Shown here: in pieces, positions 46,561 to 56,489 of the stretch
How positions within the stretch are numbered: position 1 is the first letter of the stretch
Layout: each line of letters opens with the position of its first letter
Assembly: GCA_012719135.1 (NCBI GenBank)
Contig: JAAYAW010000035.1
Coordinates: 3,799-67,798, forward strand
Source of the DNA: Chloroflexota bacterium
GTDB taxonomy: Bacteria; Chloroflexota; Anaerolineae; UBA1429
Reading direction: 5' to 3'
Length of the DNA: 64,000 nt
Notes under the pieces: model-generated
Told to the model about the DNA's origin: nothing
What the model saw: the letters and a program-made list of their open reading frames with translations, nothing else
Database searches by the model: none
Translations under genes and position numbers: made by a program

Positions 46561-48180
46561 CTAGCGCGTCATTACGACGCGCACCACCTGAACGTCGGGC
46601 TCCACCCAGATCCCGTTGTCCGTCTCGTCACCATTCCGGCGGCGATCCACCACAAAGGCGCCGGCCTCATCAAAATGGCCTTCGTCCACCGAGACAAAGT
46701 GCGCCTGGCGCTCGCGGAACCAATCCGTCGAGCGGGTCGGATCCAGCGTCTCGCTGGCAGGCCCCTTGCGCAGGAGGCCCAGCCGGTAGGCGCCTCCGAC
46801 CAGGTAGAACGTCTCCTCATCGGCCTGGAACACGAGCCCTCTGCCGCGCGGCGCCCGGGGCTGCTCGACGAGCGCCCGATCGCCACCGGTGTGCCGCCAG
46901 TCCATGCCGGCATAGGTGTAGCCGCCATAGCCAAAGCGGGCGACGCCCACCCAGCCATCCATATCGAGATGCTGTTCCTGCATGCCCTCGTACTGGGCGA
47001 TGGCATGGACGCGCCCGGTGCCCTGGTACTTGAGCAAGAGCGGGATCGCGGCGGCCGTGGCATGGAAGCTGCCCACGATATCCTTGGCCGCGGGGTTGAC
47101 CTCGCCATCGGGGCCGACGATGTGTTCGATGGCGAAAAAGTGGTATCCCACGGCGGAGCAATCCGCCAGGGCATAGAACATATTCCAGGCGTTGGAGCCC
47201 CAGGGGGCGGATTCGGGTACAAACAGCGGGTTGTCGTCCCGAGCGTAGGCGCGGCAGATGGCACGGTAACCATCCGCATCCGCGATGTAGATATCCGGGG
47301 CGATCAGGTCGATGTGCGGCGTAGCCAACTTCCAGATATCGAGCGTCTTGCTGACGGCACCGCCCGAAGGATAGGTGCCCGCCTGTCGGAAGCCCTGCTC
47401 GCCCAGCCAGACGTTCACATAGAGCGGAATGTCATAGATCGCGCGGCCTGCCTCGGCCAGGCGGTCGATATATCGTCCGATGCTCCAGGCCGTCATGTAC
47501 TCGCCGGCGTCGGCCCCGAACACCTCATCCCAGCTGCCGGAAGCCCTTTGGCCGCAGGCGAGCCACGAGCGAAATACCGGGCTCTCGGTCAGCGCAGGGA
47601 GGCACTCCAGAACCTTGGAGGGCACCGGGCTCTCAATAGCTGCCTGCCCCTCCGGGCCATAGTCCCGATCGCTCCCAAGAATGCCCGGCTCGTTTTCGAT
47701 CTGTACGGCAATGACGGTGCGCTCTTCCGAATCCGCCTCCTTGAGATGGGACATGAGCGCCGTAAAGGCTCGTTCATCGGCCTGGTACGTCGCCTCGCAA
47801 TGAGAGGAAAGGACCCAGACGGTATTGCCGAAGGGGTTGGTCACGCGCTTGAACCGCTCCGGCTGGCGCTTTACCCAGTCCGGCGTGTACTCCATATTGC
47901 CGTTCTTCCAGGTGCCAAACCAGAGCAGCACCAGACGGACCTGGTTCTCGCGTGCCATCGCCAGGAGGGTATCGACCGAGCCAAAGTCGAACTGGCCTTC
48001 GACGGGCTCGACCTGCTCCCAATAGACCGGGATCTCGAGCGTGTTACCATGGAGAAGCTTGACGGCCCGAAAGGCCGTCTCCGCCTCTGCGCGGTTGTAC
48101 CCGCTGGAGTTGCGTGATTGGCCGCCCAGGCTAAAGAAGGGCTTACCATCGACGGTGAAGGGTCGCCGAACCGTGGACAT
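46561..48180 (-). CDS. GH35/GH42-like (clan GH-A) beta-galactosidase-family glycoside hydrolase, cytoplasmic
   Basis: FTVDGKPFFSLGGQ..., NTLEIPVYWEQVEPVEGQFDFG and VQIENEPG (acid/base NEP), paralleling the GH35 N-terminal barrel. No signal peptide. Confidence 0.55.
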   Translation of the reverse strand: MSTVRRPFTVDGKPFFSLGGQSRNSSGYNRAEAETAFRAVKLLHGNTLEIPVYWEQVEPVEGQFDFGSVDTLLAMARENQVRLVLLWFGTWKNGNMEYTPDWVKRQPERFKRVTNPFGNTVWVLSSHCEATYQADERAFTALMSHLKEADSEERTVIAVQIENEPGILGSDRDYGPEGQAAIESPVPSKVLECLPALTESPVFRSWLACGQRASGSWDEVFGADAGEYMTAWSIGRYIDRLAEAGRAIYDIPLYVNVWLGEQGFRQAGTYPSGGAVSKTLDIWKLATPHIDLIAPDIYIADADGYRAICRAYARDDNPLFVPESAPWGSNAWNMFYALADCSAVGYHFFAIEHIVGPDGEVNPAAKDIVGSFHATAAAIPLLLKYQGTGRVHAIAQYEGMQEQHLDMDGWVGVARFGYGGYTYAGMDWRHTGGDRALVEQPRAPRGRGLVFQADEETFYLVGGAYRLGLLRKGPASETLDPTRSTDWFRERQAHFVSVDEGHFDEAGAFVVDRRRNGDETDNGIWVEPDVQVVRVVMTR

Positions 48181-48263
48181 ATGCCTGCCTCCCGTATCGT
48201 GTGTGTGTGGATAGCGCGTTCATTCTAGAGGACGACAGGAGCCCGTCAAGCCCTTTCGGCGGC

Positions 48264-49460
48264 TCAGGGCGCCGGCCGCCGCTTCCAGGGCCAGCCCTTG
48301 AAAGCGGGCAGCTTGAGGCGGCGCGAACGACGCGCCGGGGGTTCGAGCGTCTGTGACGGAGGCATAACCGGAGCGTAGCAGTAGGCGCAGGCCTCGGCGC
48401 CAGGCTCCAGTGGCTGGCCGCAAAAGCGGCAGAAGTGCGTCTGCCGGGGGAGGCTGGGTTGCTCGGTGGCCGGACGCCGGCGGCGTCTGCGGGGAAACCC
48501 CGCGCCCAGGCGTTTGGCGGCGTTCTTGCCGGATTCTATCGCCTGCCGGTATACGGCTCGCAGCTGTTCCTTGGAGAGGTGCCTGCCCGTGAGATACCAG
48601 TGCCATACGACGTTGCCGACCACAAAAGTCCCGGCATAGGCCACGCCGACCTTGGGCACGATGCCCAGCCAAGGGATCAGGCCGACCAGGGTGCGTGCCA
48701 GTTGCCGCCACATGAACCCGCCGCCGATGACCGTCCCGAATTCGCGCACATAGTCCTGCCAGCGCGTGGAGAGGCCCAGAGCAAGGCCGAGGCGGTACAC
48801 CAGAAAAGCCTGGGCCTTGGTGAGCACCGCCATATCGGTGACGTTCAACGGGATGTTCAGCAGCGGTATCACACCGGCCAAGCCGGTGGAGAGGGAGTAG
48901 GTCGCGTTGGCCAGGCTCGTCTCCTCGATCAGCCGGCGTGCCACCGTTGCTCGGAAGAGGGGCAACTGCCGGGCCAGCGCCAGGTGCCGATCCGGGAGAG
49001 CCTCCAGGACGGCTGGGACGAGCTCGCGCTCGAGAAAGGCTGCATCCTCCACGGCGCCAGCGAGATAGGGTCCCGCCTTCCAGAAAGCGGCGGAGGGCAG
49101 CGCCCCGGAGGCCGTGCCCGTGTTCATGATCGTGATCACCGGCACGTGGGCGCCGCGAAGCGCCACGGCGAGGTCGCGCTCCGTGCCAGCCTCTGCGCTC
49201 GCGGGGGATACCACAAAAAGCACCATCTCGGCGCCCTGCAGATCCGATTGGGAGCGTGGATCCACCACCACCAGGGGTGTGGCTGACACGGTCGCAAGGC
49301 GATAGGGATCGGTGCGCAGCATGGTGGCCAGGTCATCCACGCCGGAGCCACGGACACCAACCAGCGCCATCCGCACAGGCTCAATAGCCTGCTGCAGGAT
49401 CGGGCGCAGGTCGACTTCCTTCAGGTGCTTCCAGATTTGAACGTCACGGAGACCCGCCAT
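48264..49460 (-). CDS. DUF697/YcjF-like protein with degenerate GTPase-like N-domain and C-terminal zinc-ribbon
   Basis: Start at internal Met MAGLRDV (assigned by aa offset from the ORF end). G1 position degenerate (VGVRGSGVDDL, no GKS/T). DUF697-like membrane-associated stretch (GVIPLLNIPLNVTDMAVL...). CxxC...CxxC near the C-terminus (CRFCGQP...CAYCYAP). Confidence 0.45.
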   Translation of the reverse strand: MAGLRDVQIWKHLKEVDLRPILQQAIEPVRMALVGVRGSGVDDLATMLRTDPYRLATVSATPLVVVDPRSQSDLQGAEMVLFVVSPASAEAGTERDLAVALRGAHVPVITIMNTGTASGALPSAAFWKAGPYLAGAVEDAAFLERELVPAVLEALPDRHLALARQLPLFRATVARRLIEETSLANATYSLSTGLAGVIPLLNIPLNVTDMAVLTKAQAFLVYRLGLALGLSTRWQDYVREFGTVIGGGFMWRQLARTLVGLIPWLGIVPKVGVAYAGTFVVGNVVWHWYLTGRHLSKEQLRAVYRQAIESGKNAAKRLGAGFPRRRRRRPATEQPSLPRQTHFCRFCGQPLEPGAEACAYCYAPVMPPSQTLEPPARRSRRLKLPAFKGWPWKRRPAP

Positions 49461-49668
49461 GTCCCTCCGCCTTTTGTGTGGTGTACAGCGCCATTGGACG
49501 CCCGGATTATAGCCTCTTCTCCGCCGGGTTGCATCCTCCCGGAGGCACGCAAGGGTACCCTTGCTCTGGCAGACCTTGATGTGCCAGAATGCCTGTGCCT
49601 GCTCCCGGCGCGCTGCCTGCCGCGGACACCGACGCCCAGGCCGGGAGAGAATCACAGGAAGGGGAACC

Positions 49669-50148
49669 ATGCACGCCAATCCCTGTCCCTTTTGTGCGGG
49701 AGAGATCGCACCGGCGACCTTTGCCGAGACGCTCCAGCTCCGAGCCATCTACAACCGCGCGCCGTTGGTGCCCGGGCACTGCCTGATCATCCCTCAGCTG
49801 CACGTCACCACATTGTCCCAGCTCAGCAGCATCGAAGCCTCGGCCCTGGTGCCCTTTGCAGCCCGCATAGCGGAGCTGGTAATGGCCGTCTATGGCGGCA
49901 CGGGCGTGGATCTGTCGCTTCAGCAGGGGCAATCGGCGGGGCAGACCGTATCCCACCTGCACCTGCACGTCATTCCGCGGCATGAGGGCGACGTGATGGC
50001 GGATTGGCATTCCGAGTTGCTCGATAGCGAGCATCGCCCGCCGCTCAGGTCCGAGGATATGGCTAGAGAGGTTGCCCGGCTCAGGCGAGCCCTGGCCATG
50101 TGGCCGGAAAGAACAAGTGCCCCGGGCATCCCCGGGGCACTTGAGTGA
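49669..50148 (+). CDS. HIT-family (histidine triad) nucleotide hydrolase/transferase
   Basis: Start verified (ATG 49669, AGGAAGGGGA RBS). N-terminal Cys motif CPFC and the histidine triad HLHLHVIPR. Confidence 0.8.
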   Translation: MHANPCPFCAGEIAPATFAETLQLRAIYNRAPLVPGHCLIIPQLHVTTLSQLSSIEASALVPFAARIAELVMAVYGGTGVDLSLQQGQSAGQTVSHLHLHVIPRHEGDVMADWHSELLDSEHRPPLRSEDMAREVARLRRALAMWPERTSAPGIPGALE

Positions 50149-50161
50149 GCGCAGGCTGCGC

Positions 50162-51058
50162 CTAGTCCTCTTTGACCGGCAGCTCTGTGTTGCTCAGCTG
50201 CGCAATGACCTTGACGACGGCCGAATGATCCAGGCCGCCCCAGCCATTGGCCATCATGGCGGAGAAGAGCTCGTGCGCGAGGGCCGAGGCCGGCAGAGAG
50301 GCGCCATAGGCTCGCGCCGCCTCGCGGATGATATTCAGGTCTTTGTAATGGAAGCTGGCCCTGAATCCGGGCTCAAAGTCACCCTTGAGCATGCGAGGTC
50401 CGCGCACATCCATGACCCGCGTTTGAGCATAGCCCGCACTCAGAACCTTGATGATGATCTCCGGGTCAACGCCTGCCTTGACGCCGAGCACGAGGGCTTC
50501 GGCCAATCCGACAAAGTTCATCGCGACCTGAATCTGGTTGCAGGCCTTGACGATCTGCCCCGAGCCGGAGGCGCCACAATAGGTCGGCTTGCCCATGATC
50601 TCAAAGAGCGGGCGGGCGCGCTCAAACACCTCGGGATCGCCACCGACCATAATAGACAGCGTCGCCTGCTGCGCGCCGACTTCTCCGCCCGAGACGGGGG
50701 CGTCCAGCATGGGGCAACCCTTTTCCGCGGCCGCCTTGGCGACCTTGATGGCCATCACCGGGGAGATGCTGGACATGTCCAGCAGGAGTGTGCCGGGCTT
50801 GGCCCCCTCAAGGACGCCCTTCTCGCCGAGATACACCGCCTCCACATGGGGCGAATCCGGCACCATGGAGATGACGATATCCGCCTGAGCCGCCGCCTCC
50901 GCCGAGGAAGCTGCAGCCCGGCCGCCCATCGATACGAGCTCCTCCACAACCGCAGGCACCAAGTCGAAACCGATGATCTCATGGCCGGCCTTTATCAGGT
51001 GGCCCGCCATCGGCGTTCCCATAATCCCCAAGCCAATGAAGGCTATCTTGTTCCCCAT
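50162..51058 (-). CDS. NAD(P)-dependent 3-hydroxyacid dehydrogenase (2-hydroxy-3-oxopropionate reductase / 3-hydroxyisobutyrate dehydrogenase family)
   Basis: KIAFIGLGIMGTPMAGHL Rossmann motif, catalytic Lys region (GASGSGQIVKACNQ) and the C-terminal 6PGDH-like helical domain. Confidence 0.85.
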   Translation of the reverse strand: MGNKIAFIGLGIMGTPMAGHLIKAGHEIIGFDLVPAVVEELVSMGGRAAASSAEAAAQADIVISMVPDSPHVEAVYLGEKGVLEGAKPGTLLLDMSSISPVMAIKVAKAAAEKGCPMLDAPVSGGEVGAQQATLSIMVGGDPEVFERARPLFEIMGKPTYCGASGSGQIVKACNQIQVAMNFVGLAEALVLGVKAGVDPEIIIKVLSAGYAQTRVMDVRGPRMLKGDFEPGFRASFHYKDLNIIREAARAYGASLPASALAHELFSAMMANGWGGLDHSAVVKVIAQLSNTELPVKED

Positions 51059-51137
51059 ATTGTACCCCTTTCTACTTTCAGGCTCGCACTCTGCATTCTA
51101 CCCGATCACGCCCGTGCCGTGCAAACCGCTGTGCAAA

Positions 51138-53144
51138 CTACCACTCGATCCTGATGGCCTCCATGAGCCCCAGGCGAGGAATGGCCATCGTGAGCTCCCC
51201 GGCGGCGTGTACCCCCGTGATCCGGTCTCCACTGACCAGGCTCGTCAGGCGCTGCGGCTCCCGTGCACAGGGGATCGTGAGTTGCAGATCCGTCATAACC
51301 ACAGGCGGGAAAAAGCTGACCCCATGGTGCCCCGAGCTGTTCACGAGATGCACCAGATCAAAACCGGAGCGGCCCCGCAACCGGGTGACCTCCACCTGCT
51401 CGGGCAGGTTCCCGCCCAGAGGCGGGACGGCCGCAATATGCTCGAGCAAGTCGGCCATGAACCATGATGTATTGACATAACCTTGACGATAGAAGAGACT
51501 GCCGGGCAGCCAGGGGACGTGAATCGCCTTGCCATCGCCGTAGGGGCGCGTCGTAAAGCAGGGACGATCGACAACCACTCTGTAATAGCACCGCTCGGGG
51601 GGGCCAAAGGGATGCGGCGGGATGAACTGCATCCACTGGCGCACATCACCGCTGTAGCGGCCGTAGAGGTACGGGCCGTCCAGATACACCAGGCCGGTAT
51701 CCCGCAGCCGGGGGAGATGAGGCTCCTCCTCGGCCCGCTTGCGGAAGTAGGATCCGCGCGTGTCCCGCCGCAGATCCTCGATCCCGTCCAATCCCAGGCA
51801 GGACACAGCGCACGCCTCCCGTGGTTCAGAGGCCTCATCAGCCAGCCCCGCGCGATGCACGGCGATCAGGGTGCCTCCTGAACGGACATAGCCATCGATC
51901 CGTGCCGCGAGGGCATCGCTGATCGGGCGCACGTCCGGCAGGATGATCGCGCGGTATCCGGACCAATCGGTCTCCAGCGCCGTATCGAGGAGGGGGGCGT
52001 CAAACAGCCAGTGTCCCTCTGTGAGGACCCGATACCATCCACGGGTCTCGGGATCCGAACAGCGCCCCTCCATCAGGAGGAGAACGTCGGATACCGGCCG
52101 GTTGTGTGCGTATTCGTCCTCATGCGCGGCATGGTAGTGGAACAACTCCCGGACGGGAGCGAACGCTGTACGATCGACCTTATTATCCAACCGCCCGATC
52201 AGGTACCAATCCGGCTGGCCCCCGTTGGCCAGGCTTTGAGCCAGCCGCAGCCTCTGCTGTTCGGGGGAGACGGACACGTGCCGGTATGGAAAGTCGATAA
52301 AGTCGACGCTGGTGCTGGTGGAGATCATCTCCGGGTAGGTACCCACGGCCCACTTGGTGTTGGACGACGCCTGGTAGGGCCAGTGGGGAAGCGACCGGTC
52401 GATCGCGGTGTTCGATTCCTGCCGGATGTACCCGGCGCGCCGCGTCGAGTCACTATCGATGGCCATGTCCGGACGCAGCCGGTGGATCAGTTCCCGCACT
52501 TGCGTGTTCAGGTCTCGGATCACGCGGGAGGTGAACACCCGGTAGCGCCGGTACACCGGATCGTCCATGTCCGCGCGTGGGGGGAGGGCCAGCCCGCAGA
52601 ACTGCGCAAAGGCTCGGCAACACGCGCTGCAGTGGCATATTCCATGGTCGACGCCGGAATAGTCCCGCGTCTGGAAGCCACCCATGTTGAAAAAGATACC
52701 GTCTACAGCGAAACGGGTGATCAACTCCTCGATGATGCGAGGCGCATACACCTGTTGGTAATCGCCCAGCGGGCAGACGTGGACATCGCCGTTGTAGTCA
52801 ACGATGTCTCCCGCCGGCGTGCGGTAGGCCCAGTCTGGGTGGGCCTCGTACAGCGGCCTCCGCACCTTGGAAAAGTCGGTCCGCGCCAGCAGGCGAATGC
52901 CTGCGCTGTGGCAGGCTTCGATGATGCGCTCCAGGTCGTCCCCCTGCAGGAAGGGACTCTGAAAGTGATAGGGCAGATCGGTGGGGTAACTGGCGATGAT
53001 GCCCGCGCAGTTGAACAGCGCCACGGTGGCCTTGAACGCCTGCAGATCGGCCACATAGCGCTCCGCGTCGATATCGAGCATGTCGATCTCGCGGAGGTTC
53101 GTCTGGATCAGCCGCCAGGGATGATTGTCCCACCAGTAGGCCAT
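51138..53144 (-). CDS. Putative glycoside hydrolase: GHL6-like TIM barrel fused to GH42-type beta-galactosidase trimerisation (ThuA-like) domain
   Basis: The ORF 5' end is over-extended into the MFS gene. Start set at MAYWWDNHPWRLIQTNLREIDM (GGAAAGGAG RBS). C-terminal RAIILPDVRPISDALAARIDGYVRSGGTLIA resembles Glyco_hydro_42M. Confidence 0.5.
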   Translation of the reverse strand: MAYWWDNHPWRLIQTNLREIDMLDIDAERYVADLQAFKATVALFNCAGIIASYPTDLPYHFQSPFLQGDDLERIIEACHSAGIRLLARTDFSKVRRPLYEAHPDWAYRTPAGDIVDYNGDVHVCPLGDYQQVYAPRIIEELITRFAVDGIFFNMGGFQTRDYSGVDHGICHCSACCRAFAQFCGLALPPRADMDDPVYRRYRVFTSRVIRDLNTQVRELIHRLRPDMAIDSDSTRRAGYIRQESNTAIDRSLPHWPYQASSNTKWAVGTYPEMISTSTSVDFIDFPYRHVSVSPEQQRLRLAQSLANGGQPDWYLIGRLDNKVDRTAFAPVRELFHYHAAHEDEYAHNRPVSDVLLLMEGRCSDPETRGWYRVLTEGHWLFDAPLLDTALETDWSGYRAIILPDVRPISDALAARIDGYVRSGGTLIAVHRAGLADEASEPREACAVSCLGLDGIEDLRRDTRGSYFRKRAEEEPHLPRLRDTGLVYLDGPYLYGRYSGDVRQWMQFIPPHPFGPPERCYYRVVVDRPCFTTRPYGDGKAIHVPWLPGSLFYRQGYVNTSWFMADLLEHIAAVPPLGGNLPEQVEVTRLRGRSGFDLVHLVNSSGHHGVSFFPPVVMTDLQLTIPCAREPQRLTSLVSGDRITGVHAAGELTMAIPRLGLMEAIRIEW

Positions 53145-53194
53145 GGTCGCGCTCCTTTCCGGTTGCTCCGTGTCAACAGCAGAGGGCATTGGTG

Positions 53195-54514
53195 TCAGCC
53201 GGTGGCCCCGGCTCGCTCCGGCCCCCTGATGCGCGGGTCTGCCACACGGGTGGCCAGGAGCAGAGCCCCGATCAGTGAAAGGCCGGCCGCGGCGGCGAAG
53301 AGGCCACCGTAGCCCACGCCGGAGGCCAACGCCCCGCCGAGCACCGGGGCCAGCGCCCGTACCGGCGCCAGCAGCGTGCTCGTGAGGCCGATGTAGGTGG
53401 GTCGATCCGCCGGCGGAGCGAACTCCAACAGGATGTTCGAGCCCGAGATGAACTCGCCGGCGACCACCGCTCCGGCGGCCGCCATGGCCACGTAGAGCCC
53501 CTCTACCACGGGCGTGAGCGCCGCGCAGGCCACCGCCAGGGCCATCATCAGGCCGCAACCGCAGAGGACGGCTTTGTGGCCGTAACGATCCGCAACGGCT
53601 CCCCACAGAAGGTACATGGCCGCCTGGACGACGGCCACGGTGGCCGTGATGCCGCCGATCTGCATTCCGCTGAGCTCAAAGCGTGAGGCGCCGTGCACCA
53701 CCAGGAACGCCATCGCCATGGTGCCCAGCACCAGGATCATCCGAGCGGCAACAAACCAGGTGTAGTTGCGGTCACGGCGCAAAAGTGCCGGGAGTTGAGA
53801 GAGATAGGCACGCAGCGGTGGACGAGGCTTGACCACCAAATCGGGTGGCTCGCGCGTAGACGCCAGGCCCGCCCAGGAGACGAAGAGCGCCGCCGAGCCA
53901 AGCATCAGGCACCAGGCAAAGCCCCTGGGGAAGGCCAGCGTCTCCAGCAGGTGGCCTGCCAGCATGGCGCCACCGACGCCCACCAGCGCACCGATGCCGC
54001 GCCCGAGGCCAAAGACCTGCCCCCGCTTGCGCGTGGGTATCACCTTGCCGATCATGGTGGACCAGGCCGGGATGATCATCCCAAGGCTGATCGAGCCGAG
54101 GGTGCGCAGGACCATGTAGATCGCCAGCACCAGGCCCGGCCGGCTGCTGCCCCAAAACCAGACTGCCAGTCCCACGAGAAAAAACGAGCCGCGCTCTATG
54201 GCACCGGAGATCAGGCTGATGGGCTTCTTGTAGCGCAGGCCCTCTGTTACCCCGGCCATGAGCAGTTGAGGAAGCAAAACGCCAAGTTGGACCAGGGCCG
54301 TAGCCACCCCAAGGAGCACCGTGGAGGCGCCCAACCGGGTGAGGAGGAGGGGGATGACCGTCTCGGTGGACATGATCTGCGCGGCCAGGGCGTAGAACAT
54401 GGCGTCGACCATGGCGGCCGCCATGTTCCACTTGAGGTGGCGCTCTATGTAGGCGGAGACTTGCTCCGCAGTACGGAGGGCGAGTGCCTCCCGAGATGTC
54501 AGCCACTCGAGCAT
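53195..54514 (-). CDS. MFS transporter (12 TM)
   Basis: 439 aa with 12 hydrophobic segments and MFS loop 2-3 / 8-9 basic motifs (GKVIPTRKRGQVFG; DRYGHK). Confidence 0.8.
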   Translation of the reverse strand: MLEWLTSREALALRTAEQVSAYIERHLKWNMAAAMVDAMFYALAAQIMSTETVIPLLLTRLGASTVLLGVATALVQLGVLLPQLLMAGVTEGLRYKKPISLISGAIERGSFFLVGLAVWFWGSSRPGLVLAIYMVLRTLGSISLGMIIPAWSTMIGKVIPTRKRGQVFGLGRGIGALVGVGGAMLAGHLLETLAFPRGFAWCLMLGSAALFVSWAGLASTREPPDLVVKPRPPLRAYLSQLPALLRRDRNYTWFVAARMILVLGTMAMAFLVVHGASRFELSGMQIGGITATVAVVQAAMYLLWGAVADRYGHKAVLCGCGLMMALAVACAALTPVVEGLYVAMAAAGAVVAGEFISGSNILLEFAPPADRPTYIGLTSTLLAPVRALAPVLGGALASGVGYGGLFAAAAGLSLIGALLLATRVADPRIRGPERAGATG

Positions 54515-54674
54515 CTGTTACCCCCCGTACGGGCACACGCCAGGCCTGGCCGTCCCCGCGACGATCGGCGAGAGCGGGCGGGCGCCTGCCGTTCCTTTGG
54601 CGGCGGGCGGTCTGCGGCGGCTGAAGCACAGGCCTCTGCAGGCTCTCCGCCCGCGCCGCGATGACCCCGTGCGA

Positions 54675-55364
54675 TCAGGCCGGGCCACGTCCATACTCGC
54701 GCGCATAGAGCTCCGAGTCGTAAGGCGCGCGCCTCCCGGGGCAAGCGGCCATCGGACACAACTGGCAGGACTGAAAACCCGTCTCCAGAGGGAAGCGGAT
54801 CCCCGTGACGGACTTGTTCGGGGTCATCAGGCAACTCTCACTGAGAGTCACTCCGAGAGCCTCTGCGGCCTCCCTCATCAGGGTGAAGAACGGTTGTTGC
54901 TGCGATAAAGGCCAATCCGCCAGCGACCCCGGGTTCATGATCGAGGTCTTGCCGGGGGAGTAGTCCGCATCAATCCGGGCATAGAGCGCACCGGTGGCGG
55001 CCCGCAGGGCGGCCGCCTTGATCTCCTCGGCCCAGTACTGGTGCACCATGTCACCGAGGCTGTGGGCCCAGCGATCGAGGGCGGTGCCGCACGTCGCCAC
55101 ATACAGGAACACGCGATGGGCGTCTCGTAGATTCACGGCCAACACGCGGCTCTGAAAGACCGTCCCGGCGATGCGAACCTGGTCCTCGCCCACCTCCTCA
55201 AGGTATACCGCACGATAGCCCGCTCCAGGACGGGCGAGCGAGAAGGCCTCCTCCAGCAGACGTCGCAGGTCGGCCGCATCCGTGTCGCTGCGAATGCGTA
55301 GACGCTTCAGGAGCGCGTCGGCATCGAGATCAAAGGAAATGTCCTGCAGCAGTATCGTATCCAT
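54675..55364 (-). CDS. Hypothetical protein resembling the vitamin-B12-dependent methionine synthase activation (AdoMet-binding) domain, with C-terminal Cys cluster
   Basis: DYSPGKTSIMNPGSLADWPL resembles the MetH activation-domain YSPGY..DWxL region. C-terminal CQLCPMAACPG. Low-certainty family call from memory only. Confidence 0.35.
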   Translation of the reverse strand: MDTILLQDISFDLDADALLKRLRIRSDTDAADLRRLLEEAFSLARPGAGYRAVYLEEVGEDQVRIAGTVFQSRVLAVNLRDAHRVFLYVATCGTALDRWAHSLGDMVHQYWAEEIKAAALRAATGALYARIDADYSPGKTSIMNPGSLADWPLSQQQPFFTLMREAAEALGVTLSESCLMTPNKSVTGIRFPLETGFQSCQLCPMAACPGRRAPYDSELYAREYGRGPA

Positions 55365-55498
55365 GGCTTCCCCCACCGGCTCCCGCGTCAAGATACCAGA
55401 TCGCGGCTGACAGCGCTGTCAGCCGCAGGATCCAAGCCCGGCATGTCGCCATAGCCCGGGCTAGAGACCGTGTGCCCGAAGAGATTTGGCGGGCCGCG

Positions 55499-56479
55499 CT
55501 AGGCGACGCCCTGGATCTCCCTCTGGATCTCCTCGATAAACGCCCGTGTTTCGGCGCTGGCGCCCTGCTGAGCCCATACCTCGGATAGATGGCAGGTCTC
55601 CTCGGCGATGCTCGGCTCATCGGTATGGGTCATATAGTGCACCACCACATCGATGCCCGTGTGGTCCGGATGCTCGGCAAACACATCCAGCTCGTCACTT
55701 AGCCAAGCAAAGTGCTTCAAGAGCCGGTCGATCCGAGTGCCGCCCAACTCCCGGCCGCTGGCCGTGACGAGCCGAGGGACAAAATCACGCCGCTTGCCTT
55801 CAGCCCACTCGGGCAGGTTGGCCCGAATGTACGGCTCCAGATACTCCAGAGGCCGGTCAAGAAGTATCTGCCCGATGGAGGGTGCGTCCGGGCCCTTGCG
55901 CTGGTCATAATAGTGGTGGTGGATATAGATGTTCCGCACAAAGGCGGGCAGGCCGATATTCGCGTCGATGGTATCGGCATCATAGAGGCAGCCGCTCTCG
56001 GTTGGCGCATCTTCGGGGGGCCGGAGGTGATGCTGGATCGTCTCGGCCACGCGTTCGCAGATCCTCTCGTCCACGCCATAGCCACGGAGGAGTTCGCGCG
56101 CTATGATCGCGCCGGACTCGTTATGGAGCGTACCGGCGAGGCCCAACCGGTCATACATCTCGGTAACGCGGTTCTGCCTGGCGGGCAGCCGCGTGGCGTT
56201 GTGCCACAGGCCGTGCTCATCCACCAGGCGCTTGCCATCGGGCCCTACGAGATAGTCGCCGTCATACGGCTTGGTGATGTCGTGCAACAGTGCGGCCAGC
56301 TGGGTAACCCAGACGTCCCCGCCCTCCCGCTCGCAGAGCGTCATCGCCAGCCCCGTTACCCGCTGAGTGTGGTCGTATGTATAGGCGCGCCAGTTGAAGG
56401 TTACCCAACCGGGTTCCCACAGCTCAAACGTCTCCTTCAGCAGCCCATTCAGTTCGCTGATCAGTTGGACCTGTTCCAT
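55499..56479 (-). CDS. HD-domain phosphohydrolase
   Basis: H...HD metal motif (AALLHDITKP), and a downstream D (CLYDADTIDA). Confidence 0.8.
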   Translation of the reverse strand: MEQVQLISELNGLLKETFELWEPGWVTFNWRAYTYDHTQRVTGLAMTLCEREGGDVWVTQLAALLHDITKPYDGDYLVGPDGKRLVDEHGLWHNATRLPARQNRVTEMYDRLGLAGTLHNESGAIIARELLRGYGVDERICERVAETIQHHLRPPEDAPTESGCLYDADTIDANIGLPAFVRNIYIHHHYYDQRKGPDAPSIGQILLDRPLEYLEPYIRANLPEWAEGKRRDFVPRLVTASGRELGGTRIDRLLKHFAWLSDELDVFAEHPDHTGIDVVVHYMTHTDEPSIAEETCHLSEVWAQQGASAETRAFIEEIQREIQGVA

Positions 56480-56489
56480 CTAGCCCTCA

